Numbered from the stretch's first letter, positions 42,167 to 51,670 are shown. The stretch: DNA of 64,000 nucleotides from Deltaproteobacteria bacterium (GCA_036574075.1 JAINCN010000025.1:3336-67335), one strand, 5' to 3'. Made by a program: numbers and translations. Notes: generated by a model from the letters alone, not told the origin.

Positions 42167-45124
42167 TTACCCCTCCGTTTCTGTGTCATACGCCGCTTCC
42201 AGGGCTTGAATGGCCTTTTCGAGCCGCATTCCTCTGGATCCCTTCACGAGTACGCATGCGTTTTCCGGGATGTGTGCCCGGGCCTCTTGTTGGATCCAGG
42301 AAACGAGATCGCAAGTCTCCGGAAAGACAAGGATGCGGGAGAGGGGAAGCCCTGCCTCCCTGGCCCCACGGCTTACGTCATCCCCATGCGTCCCGCATGC
42401 GATGAGGAGGGAGACGCCATGGCGGGCGGCGGATCTCCCGAGTTCCTGATGGAAAAGGTGGGCGGAATCACCCAGCTCCAGCATGTCACCGAGGATGGCG
42501 ACCCTCGGCCTTGACCCGCTCCAGATGGACAGGGTCTCAAGTGCCGCCTCCATGGAGGCGGGATTGGCGTTGTAGCTGTCATCCATGAGGGTGATCCCGG
42601 ACGGGAGATCCTTCGGGGTAATCCGGCCCGGGAGGGGTTTTGCCAGGGAAAGTCCCTGGATGACCTCGTAATGGGTGAGGCCGACTGCAAGACCCACGGC
42701 TGCAGCCGCAAGGGCGTTTTGAACAGCGGCCCTGCCCATGAGTGGGAAGAGAAAGGAGGTCTCCCGGCCCCGCATGGATATGGTTATCACGGCGCCTTCG
42801 GGATGTGGGGACCAGCCGGGACATGTTACAACGGTCTCGATTTCCCCTTTGGCATGGTCGGCTCCTGAGAGCGTATAGCCGATCTTTCGACAGGAAAGCC
42901 TGTTTGCCCTTTCTACGATGAGTGGTTCGTCCAGATTGACTACAGCGATCCCGTTTTTGCCGTCAAGGGCCTGTAAAAGCGCAGACTTTTCCCGGGCTAC
43001 TGCCTCAACGCTTCCCAGGCCCTCGAGATGCGCGGGTTTCACTGTGGTGACGATACCCACGTCAGGTCCGGCGATGGAGGCGAGCCTGGCGATCTCTCCT
43101 GGCTGATTCATGCCCATCTCGAGGACCATCCAGTCGAGGGGAGGGCGCAACCTGAGGATGCTGAGAGGGAGCCCGATGAGGTTGTTGAGGTTACCGGGGG
43201 TCTTTCCGACCCGCCATCTCTGGGCGAGGACGAGGGCGACGAGTTCCTTCGTCCCGGTCTTGCCGCAGCTTCCGGTTATCCCTACCACCCTGACCCCGAG
43301 GGTCTTTCTGAAAAGCGAGGCAATGGCGCCGAGGGCAAGGAGGGTATCCGGCGCGACAAGGACCGCCGCCTCCGGGGAGGAGGATCGCACCTCGTCCACG
43401 ATTTCGGGACGTCCGTCCTGGATGAGCACGCCAACTGCCCCGGTCCTTACCGCATGGCAGGCAAAGGCGTTGCCGTCGAAGCGGTTTCCGGAAAGGGCGA
43501 CAAAGAGCTCGCCTTTCTGAAGGGAGCGGGTGTCGGTGGTGATGCCGACAGGGACTGCGTCCGGATTTCCAGACAGTATCCGTGCCCCTGCGGCCTGAGC
43601 GATCTGGCGGATGGAGAGGGGAAAGGCATGCGGATTCGGGATCGAGACGGCTTCGCATTCGACAATCGCCTTGGTGGTCTCAGTTAGGTCGTTGAATGGG
43701 AGCCTTGAGGCGCCAATGATTTGATAGGTCTCGTGCCCCTTTCCTGCGATGAGTATGCAATCCCCGGGCCGGGCCTCCTGAACTGCATGGCGGATGGCCT
43801 CCCTCCGATCCGGGATCACCCGTACCCTTTTGCCGTCTTCCTGAGGAAAAGGGGGCTGTGGCAGATGCAATGTGGCTGTGGACTCCCAAAGGCCCTCGCA
43901 CATGTCGTCAAGGATGGCGATGGGGTCCTCGCTCCGGGGGTTGTCCATGGTAAAGACGGCAAGATCCGAGTGATCCCGGGCTATCCTCCCCATGAGCGGC
44001 CTTTTGCCCCGGTCCCTGTCCCCGCCGCACCCAACTACGGTGATGATCCTTTCGGGGCCAAGGGTCCGGAGGGTTTGAAGGACGCGTTCAAGGGCGTCCG
44101 GGGTGTGGGCGTAGTCCACGAAGGCAATGGGCCTGCCGGCGAAAACGACCGGATCCAGCCGGCCAGGCACGCGGCGGACACGGGAGATCCCGGCTGCTAT
44201 GGCGCCGGCGTCCACGCCAAGAGGGAGGACTGCGGCTATGGCCGCAAGGATGTTCATGAGGTTGTGGGCCCCGATGAGGGAGGAGTCAACCTCGATCCTT
44301 CCCGCCGGGGTCTCGACCGTGGCCCGTATGCCTGTGAGGTCCAGGGACAGGTCGGTGGGCCTTACCATGGCCTTGCGACCCATTCCGTAGGTCATGGCAT
44401 GGCCGGAGATGAGATCGCAGAGCCTCTTTCCATATGGGCAGTCGATGTTGATGGCCGAGGCCTTGGGGGCAAGCTCGAGAAAGAGGCGACATTTGGCTGC
44501 AAAATACCCATCCATGGATCCATGGTAGTCCAGGTGGTCATGGGTGAGGTTCGTGAAGACAGCTACGGAAAATTGGCACCCGGCAACCCGCATCTGGTCG
44601 AGGGCGTGGGAGGAGACCTCCATGACCGCCGATCGGGCACCGCGGTCCCGCAGGGAGGCGAGATAGGCCTGCAGACTGACCGCGTCCGGCGTGGTGAGTT
44701 CGGAGGGGGTGACCTCATCTCCAAAGCATCGGTGGATGGTCCCAATAAGGCCGGGCAAGAGTCCGGCCTCATTGAGGATCTCCTTGATGAGAAATGATGT
44801 GGTGGTCTTTCCGTTGGTACCTGTGATGCCGATTAGATGCATGTGCCGGCTTGGATGGCCGTGGAACTCGGCCGCGTATTCGCCGACTGCGCGCCTGACA
44901 TCATCGACTCCGATGACCTCGACCTTGCAGGAGAGATCTCCACGAAGCCGCTCTGCGTCCTCCCGTGGGACGAGGACAGCGACAGCACCTTTTTTGACGG
45001 CCTCGCCTACATAGGTCCTACCGTCCAGCTTCGTGCCCGGAATGGCTGCAAAAAGATATCCCGGACGGACGGCGCGGGAATCGGTTGTAAGCCCGCAAAT
45101 TGGTTTCACCCTGTTTCCCCCCAT
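42167..45124 (-). CDS. murE-murF: fused MurE-MurF (meso-DAP-adding ligase plus D-Ala-D-Ala-adding ligase in one 985-aa ORF)
   Basis: N-terminal half: [16 protein letters not shown]-loop [11 protein letters not shown], and the C-terminal GKGHETYQ of MurE. After a short linker (junction ...[13 protein letters not shown]..., about 43620-43670) comes a complete MurF: [17 protein letters not shown] and P-loop [12 protein letters not shown]. There is no stop codon between the halves. Confidence 0.88.
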   Translation of the reverse strand: MGGNRVKPICGLTTDSRAVRPGYLFAAIPGTKLDGRTYVGEAVKKGAVAVLVPREDAERLRGDLSCKVEVIGVDDVRRAVGEYAAEFHGHPSRHMHLIGITGTNGKTTTSFLIKEILNEAGLLPGLIGTIHRCFGDEVTPSELTTPDAVSLQAYLASLRDRGARSAVMEVSSHALDQMRVAGCQFSVAVFTNLTHDHLDYHGSMDGYFAAKCRLFLELAPKASAINIDCPYGKRLCDLISGHAMTYGMGRKAMVRPTDLSLDLTGIRATVETPAGRIEVDSSLIGAHNLMNILAAIAAVLPLGVDAGAIAAGISRVRRVPGRLDPVVFAGRPIAFVDYAHTPDALERVLQTLRTLGPERIITVVGCGGDRDRGKRPLMGRIARDHSDLAVFTMDNPRSEDPIAILDDMCEGLWESTATLHLPQPPFPQEDGKRVRVIPDRREAIRHAVQEARPGDCILIAGKGHETYQIIGASRLPFNDLTETTKAIVECEAVSIPNPHAFPLSIRQIAQAAGARILSGNPDAVPVGITTDTRSLQKGELFVALSGNRFDGNAFACHAVRTGAVGVLIQDGRPEIVDEVRSSSPEAAVLVAPDTLLALGAIASLFRKTLGVRVVGITGSCGKTGTKELVALVLAQRWRVGKTPGNLNNLIGLPLSILRLRPPLDWMVLEMGMNQPGEIARLASIAGPDVGIVTTVKPAHLEGLGSVEAVAREKSALLQALDGKNGIAVVNLDEPLIVERANRLSCRKIGYTLSGADHAKGEIETVVTCPGWSPHPEGAVITISMRGRETSFLFPLMGRAAVQNALAAAAVGLAVGLTHYEVIQGLSLAKPLPGRITPKDLPSGITLMDDSYNANPASMEAALETLSIWSGSRPRVAILGDMLELGDSAHLFHQELGRSAARHGVSLLIACGTHGDDVSRGAREAGLPLSRILVFPETCDLVSWIQQEARAHIPENACVLVKGSRGMRLEKAIQALEAAYDTETEG

Positions 45125-45136
45125 CCAAAGGGCCTA

Positions 45137-45200
45137 ACTCCCCGGAATATTTGTAACGTGCGGCAAATCGACCCCATCCATGGGCCGAACAATATACCCT
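45137..45200 (+). repeat. decayed fragment of the MITE-like core, copy F
   Basis: CCCCGGAATATTTGTAACGTGCGGCAAATCGACCCCATCCATGGG matches the left IR plus the first hairpin arm and loop of the family. The right half is missing or diverged. It lies between the ftsI-like stop and the murE-murF start. Confidence 0.55.
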
Positions 45201-45231
45201 TTTCCATCCGACTGAGAAACATGGACCAGCC

Positions 45232-46776
45232 TCAAGGCAGGGAGGCCGCGATCTGGATCCGCGCCTCGGCAAGGCCCACACCCCGGTACGCGGTCTGGTG
45301 AAGCCCGGCCAGGATACTGGAAATGCGGGAGACGTCCCCAATGGTATCCATGACAAGGATGTAAGCGATTTCCGGGGCGTGCCGGGGGGCGAATCCCAGG
45401 GCGAGGAATTGGGCGGCCGTGTTGGTATCAGGCACCCTTCCGGAGACGTAAACAATGGACGGCCCATGCTCGCGGGAAAGTTCCTGCTGGAGGAATATGG
45501 AGGCCTTCTCTGTAATGGGTGGTCCTGCCTTCCCGAGGTCCGAGGCCAATCTCCAGAAGGACGGCGAGGTTTCGTGCTTGGTGAGGGTGATTCGGGGGGT
45601 AACGACCTTACCCCGGTTGATGAGTGCGCAAAAGGCCCGGAGGATCTGTATGGGTGTGGCGCTGAAGCCTTCGGTGAAGGGCTCGCTCCAGGTCCCTTCA
45701 AGGTGGGCGGGTATGCGTCCGGCAGCCTCTCCCTCAAGATCGATTCCAGTTGTCTGCCCGAAGCCCATTCTGGAAAGGGATCCCAGTATGCCGGGCAGGA
45801 TACGGATCTGCTCGATCTCTTCAGCACTCCATGGTGAGAAGATCTCCCTTCCTTGGGGAGAGACCGTCCACTGCCAGGCGTCTTGAGGTGGCCGAGGATA
45901 AGCGGATGGATCAGACTCCGGAGCGCACCCAAGGGATTCGGAGCGGGCTATGAGAAGGGGGATGGGAAACGGATCCACCTCCCCTTGAATGGCGAAATTT
46001 TTCTTGTGGAGGGTCTCTGACACCTGGGGCGCAGAGGGGGAGTCGGAGGGCTTGGCATTGGCCATAGCGAGGATCTCTCCTCTCTCCACATCCATGACAA
46101 TGAAGCATCCTCTGGCTGCCTGCGTGGTATTCAGTGCAGATTGGAGACCCTTTTCCGCTTCCATCTGGAGCCCGCGTTCCAGGCTGAGGATGACGTTGCC
46201 AGGGCCGGTGCGGGAAGGCATGACGCCGCTTTCTCCGAGGAGGTCATCATAAATGTATTCCACCCCGCTTATGCCGTGTCCATCCTCTCCGACGTCTCCT
46301 ATGATCTCGCCTGCCAGGTCTCTATAGGGAGAGATGCGCCTGTAGCTGGTAAGGATTCTTGCCCCGTCCAACCCGAGAGATTCAAGTCTTTCCCGCGCCC
46401 CTTCTCCCGGGTTGACCGCAATGGTGACAGGACCGCGTCCTGACCTGGCAGACCGGAGGAGGGCGTCGGGATCGAGGCCGAGGATGGTGCCCATATCCTT
46501 GGCCCATTCCTTACCCGGGGGCATTTGGGTGGGGTGGATGACAAGGACGTGTTCAGGAATGCTCCCGGCGAGCATTACCCCTGATCGATCGAGGATCGCC
46601 CCCCGGTAAGGCGACAGGGGAATGGAGGTCTGCCGGCAGGTCCCGGAAACGAGACACGTCCCCCCGACCCACATGCAGATGCCCATGGTGACAAAGACGG
46701 GTATGGGACGGATCCTCCGCCGAATGTTGACAGAGAAGAATCGGGCAAGATGCTTAGGGAATGCCGGGGCGTGCAT
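45232..46776 (-). CDS. ftsI: FtsI/PBP3-like class B penicillin-binding protein homologue, catalytic motifs absent
   Basis: N-terminal TM helix. Dimerisation-domain motif YRGAILDRSGVMLA, MDVERGEILAMAN, GFGQTTGIDLEGE and ATPIQILRAFCALINRG all align to PBP3. No S-x-x-K occurs anywhere in the 514 aa, and no SxN or K(T/S)G motif occurs in the C-terminal domain. Confidence 0.8.
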   Translation of the reverse strand: MHAPAFPKHLARFFSVNIRRRIRPIPVFVTMGICMWVGGTCLVSGTCRQTSIPLSPYRGAILDRSGVMLAGSIPEHVLVIHPTQMPPGKEWAKDMGTILGLDPDALLRSARSGRGPVTIAVNPGEGARERLESLGLDGARILTSYRRISPYRDLAGEIIGDVGEDGHGISGVEYIYDDLLGESGVMPSRTGPGNVILSLERGLQMEAEKGLQSALNTTQAARGCFIVMDVERGEILAMANAKPSDSPSAPQVSETLHKKNFAIQGEVDPFPIPLLIARSESLGCAPESDPSAYPRPPQDAWQWTVSPQGREIFSPWSAEEIEQIRILPGILGSLSRMGFGQTTGIDLEGEAAGRIPAHLEGTWSEPFTEGFSATPIQILRAFCALINRGKVVTPRITLTKHETSPSFWRLASDLGKAGPPITEKASIFLQQELSREHGPSIVYVSGRVPDTNTAAQFLALGFAPRHAPEIAYILVMDTIGDVSRISSILAGLHQTAYRGVGLAEARIQIAASLP

Positions 46777-46787
46777 GGAAAGCGGCG

Positions 46788-47153
46788 CTACTGGAGGAGC
46801 CTGACGATTTCCTCATCCTTGGGGGGACGGAGGCCGAGGGCCCTGCCGACCTTCGCCAATTCCTGGGATCTGGTGAGCCGGGCCTCTTCGGCGACAAGGG
46901 CGTCGTGTTCTGCTGCGAGGCGCTTGGACTCGAGCTCCAGGAGTTCGACCCGCTCCGAGACCCTTTTCACAGAGACGTGGGACCAGACGGTCACCGAGAT
47001 GACGAGGATTGCCAAGAGGGTGAGAAGGACGGAGCGCGCGGACAAGACGGCTGATGTCTGCCGTTCCGTACCGTAGATATTGCTCCCCTTGAAGGGATGA
47101 GGTCTTCTTGCCCTATGGACGGTAGGACGTATGGTGGCGGTTCGGATGCTCAT
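46788..47153 (-). CDS. ftsL: cell division protein FtsL
   Basis: 121 aa. A single TM helix followed by a coiled coil (ELLELESKRLAAEHDALVAEEARL). Lies between rsmH and ftsI. Confidence 0.75.
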   Translation of the reverse strand: MSIRTATIRPTVHRARRPHPFKGSNIYGTERQTSAVLSARSVLLTLLAILVISVTVWSHVSVKRVSERVELLELESKRLAAEHDALVAEEARLTRSQELAKVGRALGLRPPKDEEIVRLLQ

Positions 47154-48067
47154 GGCGTTTCTCCTTGCGGAATCGGCTTTGGGTGGATGCGCTCGGCGAT
47201 GCGCAGTTTGGCGCTCCTGGCCCGGGGGTTTGCAGCGATCTCGTCTTCTCCGGGGATGATGGGCCTCTTTGTTACGGGCATCAGGCGTATATCAGAACGG
47301 AAGGCATCCTTTACAAGTCTGTCCTCCAGGGAGTGGAAGGTAATGATGCAGAGCCTGCCTCCTGGCACGAGACATGAGGGAAGTGTGTCAAGGGCGTCCC
47401 GAAGGTTTTCGAGTTCCCGGTTGACGGCGATCCGAAGCGCCTGGAAGGTACGGGTGGCGGGGTGGATGTGTCTGGAATGAAATCGGGCAGGGATTGCGTG
47501 GGATACGACACGGGCCAGGTCCGCAGATGTGAAGATGGGCTGGATCTCGCGCCGCCTGACTATGGCCCCGGCGATCCTCCGTGCCCAGCGTTCCTCCCCG
47601 TAAGTCCGAATGATCTCCTCGATCTGGTCCTTGGGGAGTTCGTTTACCAGATCCGCGGCAGTGACAGACTCGAATCGGTCCATGCGCATATCAAGGAGCT
47701 CCTCCCTCAGGAAGCTGAAGCCCCGTTCCCCGGCCTCGAGCTGAAACGAGGAGAGCCCGAGGTCAAGGACAATGCCGTCCACTCCGTCGATGCCCTGTTC
47801 GAGGAGGAGGTCCGGGATGTCCCGGTAATTTCCATGCACAATGAGGATGCGGTCCGCATGCGCAAGGAGGCGCTTTTGTGCCAGCGCGAGGGCGTCCTGG
47901 TCCCAGTCCATCCCTATGACACGTCCAACCCCGGGGCCGTCTTCGAGGATGGCGCGTGCATGGCCTCCCAGGCCAAGGGTGCCGTCCACGTACACCCCCC
48001 CCGCCCGGAGACGGAGGCCCTCGAGGACCTCTCTCACCATTACGGGGACGTGGACGGGTTCAGGCAC
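47150..48067 (-). CDS. rsmH: 16S rRNA (cytosine1402-N4)-methyltransferase
   Basis: HVPVMVREVLEGL and YVDGTLGLGGHARAIL motifs. A GTG at 48067 overlaps the mraZ stop and puts the conserved His at residue 6, as in known RsmH. The ORF is open further upstream (ATG at 48136, and 48418). Confidence 0.88.
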   Translation of the reverse strand: MPEPVHVPVMVREVLEGLRLRAGGVYVDGTLGLGGHARAILEDGPGVGRVIGMDWDQDALALAQKRLLAHADRILIVHGNYRDIPDLLLEQGIDGVDGIVLDLGLSSFQLEAGERGFSFLREELLDMRMDRFESVTAADLVNELPKDQIEEIIRTYGEERWARRIAGAIVRRREIQPIFTSADLARVVSHAIPARFHSRHIHPATRTFQALRIAVNRELENLRDALDTLPSCLVPGGRLCIITFHSLEDRLVKDAFRSDIRLMPVTKRPIIPGEDEIAANPRARSAKLRIAERIHPKPIPQGETP

Positions 48068-48509
48068 GAAGGCCGGTTCCCGATATGGCTCGGCTGTAGC
48101 TGTCAAAGTTTTCCCGTGCCTTTTTGAGTTCCGCATCCAGGCGTTCCTTGTCCCAGATCTCGAAGTGGGTGAGCATGCCGGAGAGGACGATCTCCTTGTC
48201 GATCCCGGCTGGTTCACGCAGCGTGGGGGGAAGAAGGATCCTTCCGTGGGAGTCGAGGGGGCATTCCAGCCCCCCGGCGATGAAGTAGCGCTGAAAGGCG
48301 AGGACTTCGGGAGGGGCAAAACGGATCCGAGTGAATTCCTCTTCGAGGATGCGCCACTCGTCAAGGGGATAGGCCACGAGGCATTCGGGAAGGTTCGTGA
48401 CGATGAGGCGTTCCTCACCGTACTTGGCCCTCAGGACCTCCCGGAAACGGGCAGGTATGCTCAGACGCCCCTTGGCATCGAGGTTGTGTACGGAACGGCC
48501 CCGGAACAC
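48060..48509 (-). CDS. mraZ: division/cell wall cluster transcriptional regulator MraZ
   Basis: MFRGRSVHNLDAKGRLSIPARFR start with the duplicated SpoVT-AbrB-like DxxGR motif. First gene of the dcw cluster. Confidence 0.93.
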   Translation of the reverse strand: MFRGRSVHNLDAKGRLSIPARFREVLRAKYGEERLIVTNLPECLVAYPLDEWRILEEEFTRIRFAPPEVLAFQRYFIAGGLECPLDSHGRILLPPTLREPAGIDKEIVLSGMLTHFEIWDKERLDAELKKARENFDSYSRAISGTGLRA

Positions 48510-48605
48510 ACGATACCCCCTTCGCCCACTTTATCCCACTTGCTGACACTATATTGAAGCGCCGTCCCCTGTGTCAAGGCCTTTCAGCAGGCCTTGCAGG
48601 GATCA

Positions 48606-48770
48606 GTCAAAGTCAAAAGCATGAATCTGTGGGCCGACGTCCGGGTATTTGTTCCGTGCGGCAAATAGCCCCCATCCATGGGGGCGGATTTGCCGTTCGA
48701 GCCCCGTCCATGGGCGCCTCACTCCACAAATACCCGGACGTCGGCCCACAGAACCCTTGTTGACTTTGAC
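48606..48770 (+). repeat. MITE-like core, copy D (variant ends, extended palindrome)
   Basis: Perfect 21-bp IR GGCCGACGTCCGGGTATTTGT (48632-48652) / ACAAATACCCGGACGTCGGCC (48726-48746) around the twin-hairpin core. Outer arms GTCAAAGTCAA (48606-48616) / TTGACTTTGAC (48760-48770). No 34-nt module. An isolated CTGAATCCG string lies at 48815-48823. The copy sits ~100 nt upstream of the mraZ start. Confidence 0.75.
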
Positions 48771-48994
48771 GGAGCCCTGGCAGGCCTTGTCCTTCACGGT
48801 CCGGTTTATTCGCGCTGAATCCGCCCTTTGGGCGTGGGGAAAAGTGGGGCGTCCGCTCAAACGTCCTCATCGACCCCGAAGGCAGGATCCATGTAGGACG
48901 GGGTGAAGGACGCGGGACAGGCGAATGCGGTACGGGTCGGTCTCGAGGAACCGGGCGGGGGATCTGAAAGGATCCGCCAGAGATGTCTCCAGCC

Positions 48995-50536
48995 TTATTC
49001 CCTGACCGCCTGTCTTACGGCCCTGCAGATCCTCTCCAGGTCCTCCTCTTTGAGGTAAGGGTGCATGGGCAGGCTGAGGACCCTTTCTGCGGCCCTTTCT
49101 GCGACTGGAAAGTCCCCTTTAGCGTACCCAAGGTAGGAGAAGGCGGGCTGCATGTGCAGGGGGATGGGGTAGTGCACGGCCGTGGGGATCCCGTGGCCAT
49201 GGAGTTTTGCCTGTACCCGCTCCCGGTCCTCCACCTGGATGGTGTATTGGGCATAAACGCTCGTGTTCCAGGGTTCGATGTGGGGTACGACCGCCACATC
49301 AGAGAGAAGGACGCTGTAGCGCTGGCCAATGCGCCCTCTGGCCTGGATCTCGCGGGGCAGGATCTCGAGTTTTGCCAGAAGGACGGCGGCCTGGAGGGTG
49401 TCGAGACGGCCGTTGAGCCCAATGACCGCGTGGTGGTAACGGCGGTCCTGGCCGTGGTCCCGAATCCGGCGCATCTTTTCCGCGAGATCCGCGTCGTCAG
49501 TGAGACATGCCCCGCCCTCGCCGTAACAGCCCATAGGCTTGGAAGGGAAGAAGCTCGTGCAGCCGATGGTGGAGAGGGAGCATGAGGGCCTTCCCTTGTA
49601 TGTGGCCCCGAAGCTCTGGGCCGCGTCCTCGACGACCGCAAGCCCGTGTCTTCGGGCGATCTCGTTGATCCGGTCGAAATCCGCGCATTGTCCGTAGAGC
49701 GAGACAGGAAGGATTGCTCTGGTCCTTGGGGTGATGGCGGCATGGATCCCCTGGGGATCTATGTTGTATGTCGCCGGATCGATGTCCACGAACACGGGCC
49801 GCGCCCCGAGGATAGCGATGGTCTCTGCAGTCGCGATGAACGTGAAGGGTGTAGTGATGACCTCGTCGCCAGGGCCGATCCCAAGGGCCATGAGGGCGAT
49901 AAGAAGGGCGTCTGTCCCTGAGGAGACGGCCACACAGTGCCCCACCCCGGCATACCGGGCAAGACGATCCTCCAGCTCTGTCACCTCGGGTCCTGAGACG
50001 TACCGGCCGTGGAGGAGGACGCGGTGAAGGTTTTTTTCCAGGTGAGGCCTTATCTCGTCTTGTTGTGCGGCGAGATCCACAAAGGGGATGGAAGGGGGGG
50101 CAAACGTCCTTTCGCAGTATGCCTCCGGGGTCATGGCCTGTCCCGGTGCCGTCTCGAGTATGGCCGTGTTTCGCGTGAGTATGGCCGCGCCTCCCGGGGG
50201 AAAGCGATCTATGGCGCGAAGGAGTTGGGCGGCCTCCGGGTCCTTGGCGTCCAGGACATCTCCCTCGCCGGACAGGGCCGCAAGCCACTGGACACCTGCG
50301 AGGCATTCCCGGATGATCCCGCTCACGCGAGCGGATGGGTCTTGCCCGGCGTCTCCGACTTCGGATAAAAGATGTGTCCGTAGCCGTTCGCCCAGCCCTT
50401 GAGCAGACCCCACATGGATCCAGGCTCGTCCCCCATGCCCTTGGCAGAGGCGTATGGCCTGTCGGGATGCAGCCGCCTGGGGCGAATTCCTGTCGCAAAG
50501 ATCGATCACGATATCGGTATGGAGTATTATGTCCAT
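48995..50536 (-). CDS. DegT/DnrJ/EryC1/StrS-family sugar aminotransferase with a ~145-aa PIN-like N-terminal extension
   Basis: From about residue 150: IPFVDLAAQQDEIRP, VSSGTDALLIAL, DAAQSFGA and the FFPSKPMGCYGEGG PLP-lysine context. The N-terminus MDIILHTDIVIDL...AAILTRNTAIL resembles a PIN fold; this is a weak, by-eye call. An internal Met at about residue 137 is an alternative start. Confidence 0.8.
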   Translation of the reverse strand: MDIILHTDIVIDLCDRNSPQAAASRQAIRLCQGHGGRAWIHVGSAQGLGERLRTHLLSEVGDAGQDPSARVSGIIRECLAGVQWLAALSGEGDVLDAKDPEAAQLLRAIDRFPPGGAAILTRNTAILETAPGQAMTPEAYCERTFAPPSIPFVDLAAQQDEIRPHLEKNLHRVLLHGRYVSGPEVTELEDRLARYAGVGHCVAVSSGTDALLIALMALGIGPGDEVITTPFTFIATAETIAILGARPVFVDIDPATYNIDPQGIHAAITPRTRAILPVSLYGQCADFDRINEIARRHGLAVVEDAAQSFGATYKGRPSCSLSTIGCTSFFPSKPMGCYGEGGACLTDDADLAEKMRRIRDHGQDRRYHHAVIGLNGRLDTLQAAVLLAKLEILPREIQARGRIGQRYSVLLSDVAVVPHIEPWNTSVYAQYTIQVEDRERVQAKLHGHGIPTAVHYPIPLHMQPAFSYLGYAKGDFPVAERAAERVLSLPMHPYLKEEDLERICRAVRQAVRE

Positions 50537-50717
50537 CTCGTACGCTTTTCAGACATCTCTCGCCTTTTTGTGCCGTCTATGGTATGTGACCAGAAAATTC
50601 GCCGGATATCCGAACTGATGCGGCCAAAAAACCGATCCGCCATGTTCATGGCATCCATACGATCCCACATGGGGAGAAGCGGCTGCCTTTCATGTCTCGA
50701 TGTGACGGAAACGCGCG

Positions 50718-51644
50718 ATGACAACGGGCACCCCTTTGGAAGATAATTCATCGGTCGATTCCCCGCGCCTCTTGCTGGTGGATGACGACGCGTCCATTCT
50801 AACTCTCCTTTCCGAATTCGTCGAAGGCATGGGCTACCCTTACTCCACGGCCAGCGATGGGGTCGAGGCCATGGAAGCCATGGAGCGTCAGCCTGCGACG
50901 GTCGTGATCACCGATCTTCTCATGCCCCGCATGGACGGGATGGATCTCCTGAAAAGGATCAAGAGCCGGTGGCCGGATACAGACGTCATCGTGATCACTG
51001 GCCATACCCGGGAATTTCGCTACACGGACGTCGTGCGGGAAGGGGCGAGCGATTTCCTCCAGAAGCCATTCAGTCTGGACGAGTTCGAGGCCAAGCTCTT
51101 GCGGGTCCTGCGGGAACACGCCCTGCGGACCATGCTCCGGCGTCTCGCCGTCCGAGATCCCCTGACCGATCTCTACAATCGGCGCTTTTTCGAGGAGAGG
51201 ATCGAGGAGGAGGCGGAGCGGGCAGGGCGTCAGGGATATCCCCTTTTCCTGATCCTTGTCGACATCGACCAGTTCAAGGAGGTCAACGACACCCACGGTC
51301 ATCACGAAGGGGACAGGATCCTCAAGGTCCTTGCCGATGTGCTGATCAAGTCCACCCGCCGCCACGTGGACACGCCTTTCCGGTTCGGCGGGGACGAATT
51401 CGCCGTTCTTGTCCCCCAGGCCACGGAGAGACAGGCATGTCAGATCGCGGAGCGCATCCGCCAAAATTACGAGGCAGGAGACGTGAGAGGGACGACCCTG
51501 AGCCTGGGTGTGGCGGGTTTTGTGAGGACGCAGGCCCCTATTCGACAGGACATCGATATCCTTATAAGGAATGCGGACGACTCCCTTTATGCGGCAAAAA
51601 GGGCGGGAGGTAACTGCGTCCTGGTCAATGGCAGGACGGGCTGA
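50718..51644 (+). CDS. response regulator receiver-GGDEF diguanylate cyclase
   Basis: Receiver (LLLVDDDASIL, VVITDLLMPRMDG) followed by GGDEF (RDPLTDLYNRRFF, FRFGGDEFAVLV). 308 aa. Confidence 0.92.
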   Translation: MTTGTPLEDNSSVDSPRLLLVDDDASILTLLSEFVEGMGYPYSTASDGVEAMEAMERQPATVVITDLLMPRMDGMDLLKRIKSRWPDTDVIVITGHTREFRYTDVVREGASDFLQKPFSLDEFEAKLLRVLREHALRTMLRRLAVRDPLTDLYNRRFFEERIEEEAERAGRQGYPLFLILVDIDQFKEVNDTHGHHEGDRILKVLADVLIKSTRRHVDTPFRFGGDEFAVLVPQATERQACQIAERIRQNYEAGDVRGTTLSLGVAGFVRTQAPIRQDIDILIRNADDSLYAAKRAGGNCVLVNGRTG

Positions 51645-51670
51645 TCTGTAAGATTCCTCTCTCTCAATAT

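Noticed and set aside
48068-48136. Upstream ATG start (48136) for rsmH.
   Set aside because: It would overlap mraZ by 77 nt. The GTG at 48067 overlaps the mraZ stop and gives the N-terminal spacing typical of RsmH. The gene call itself is unaffected.
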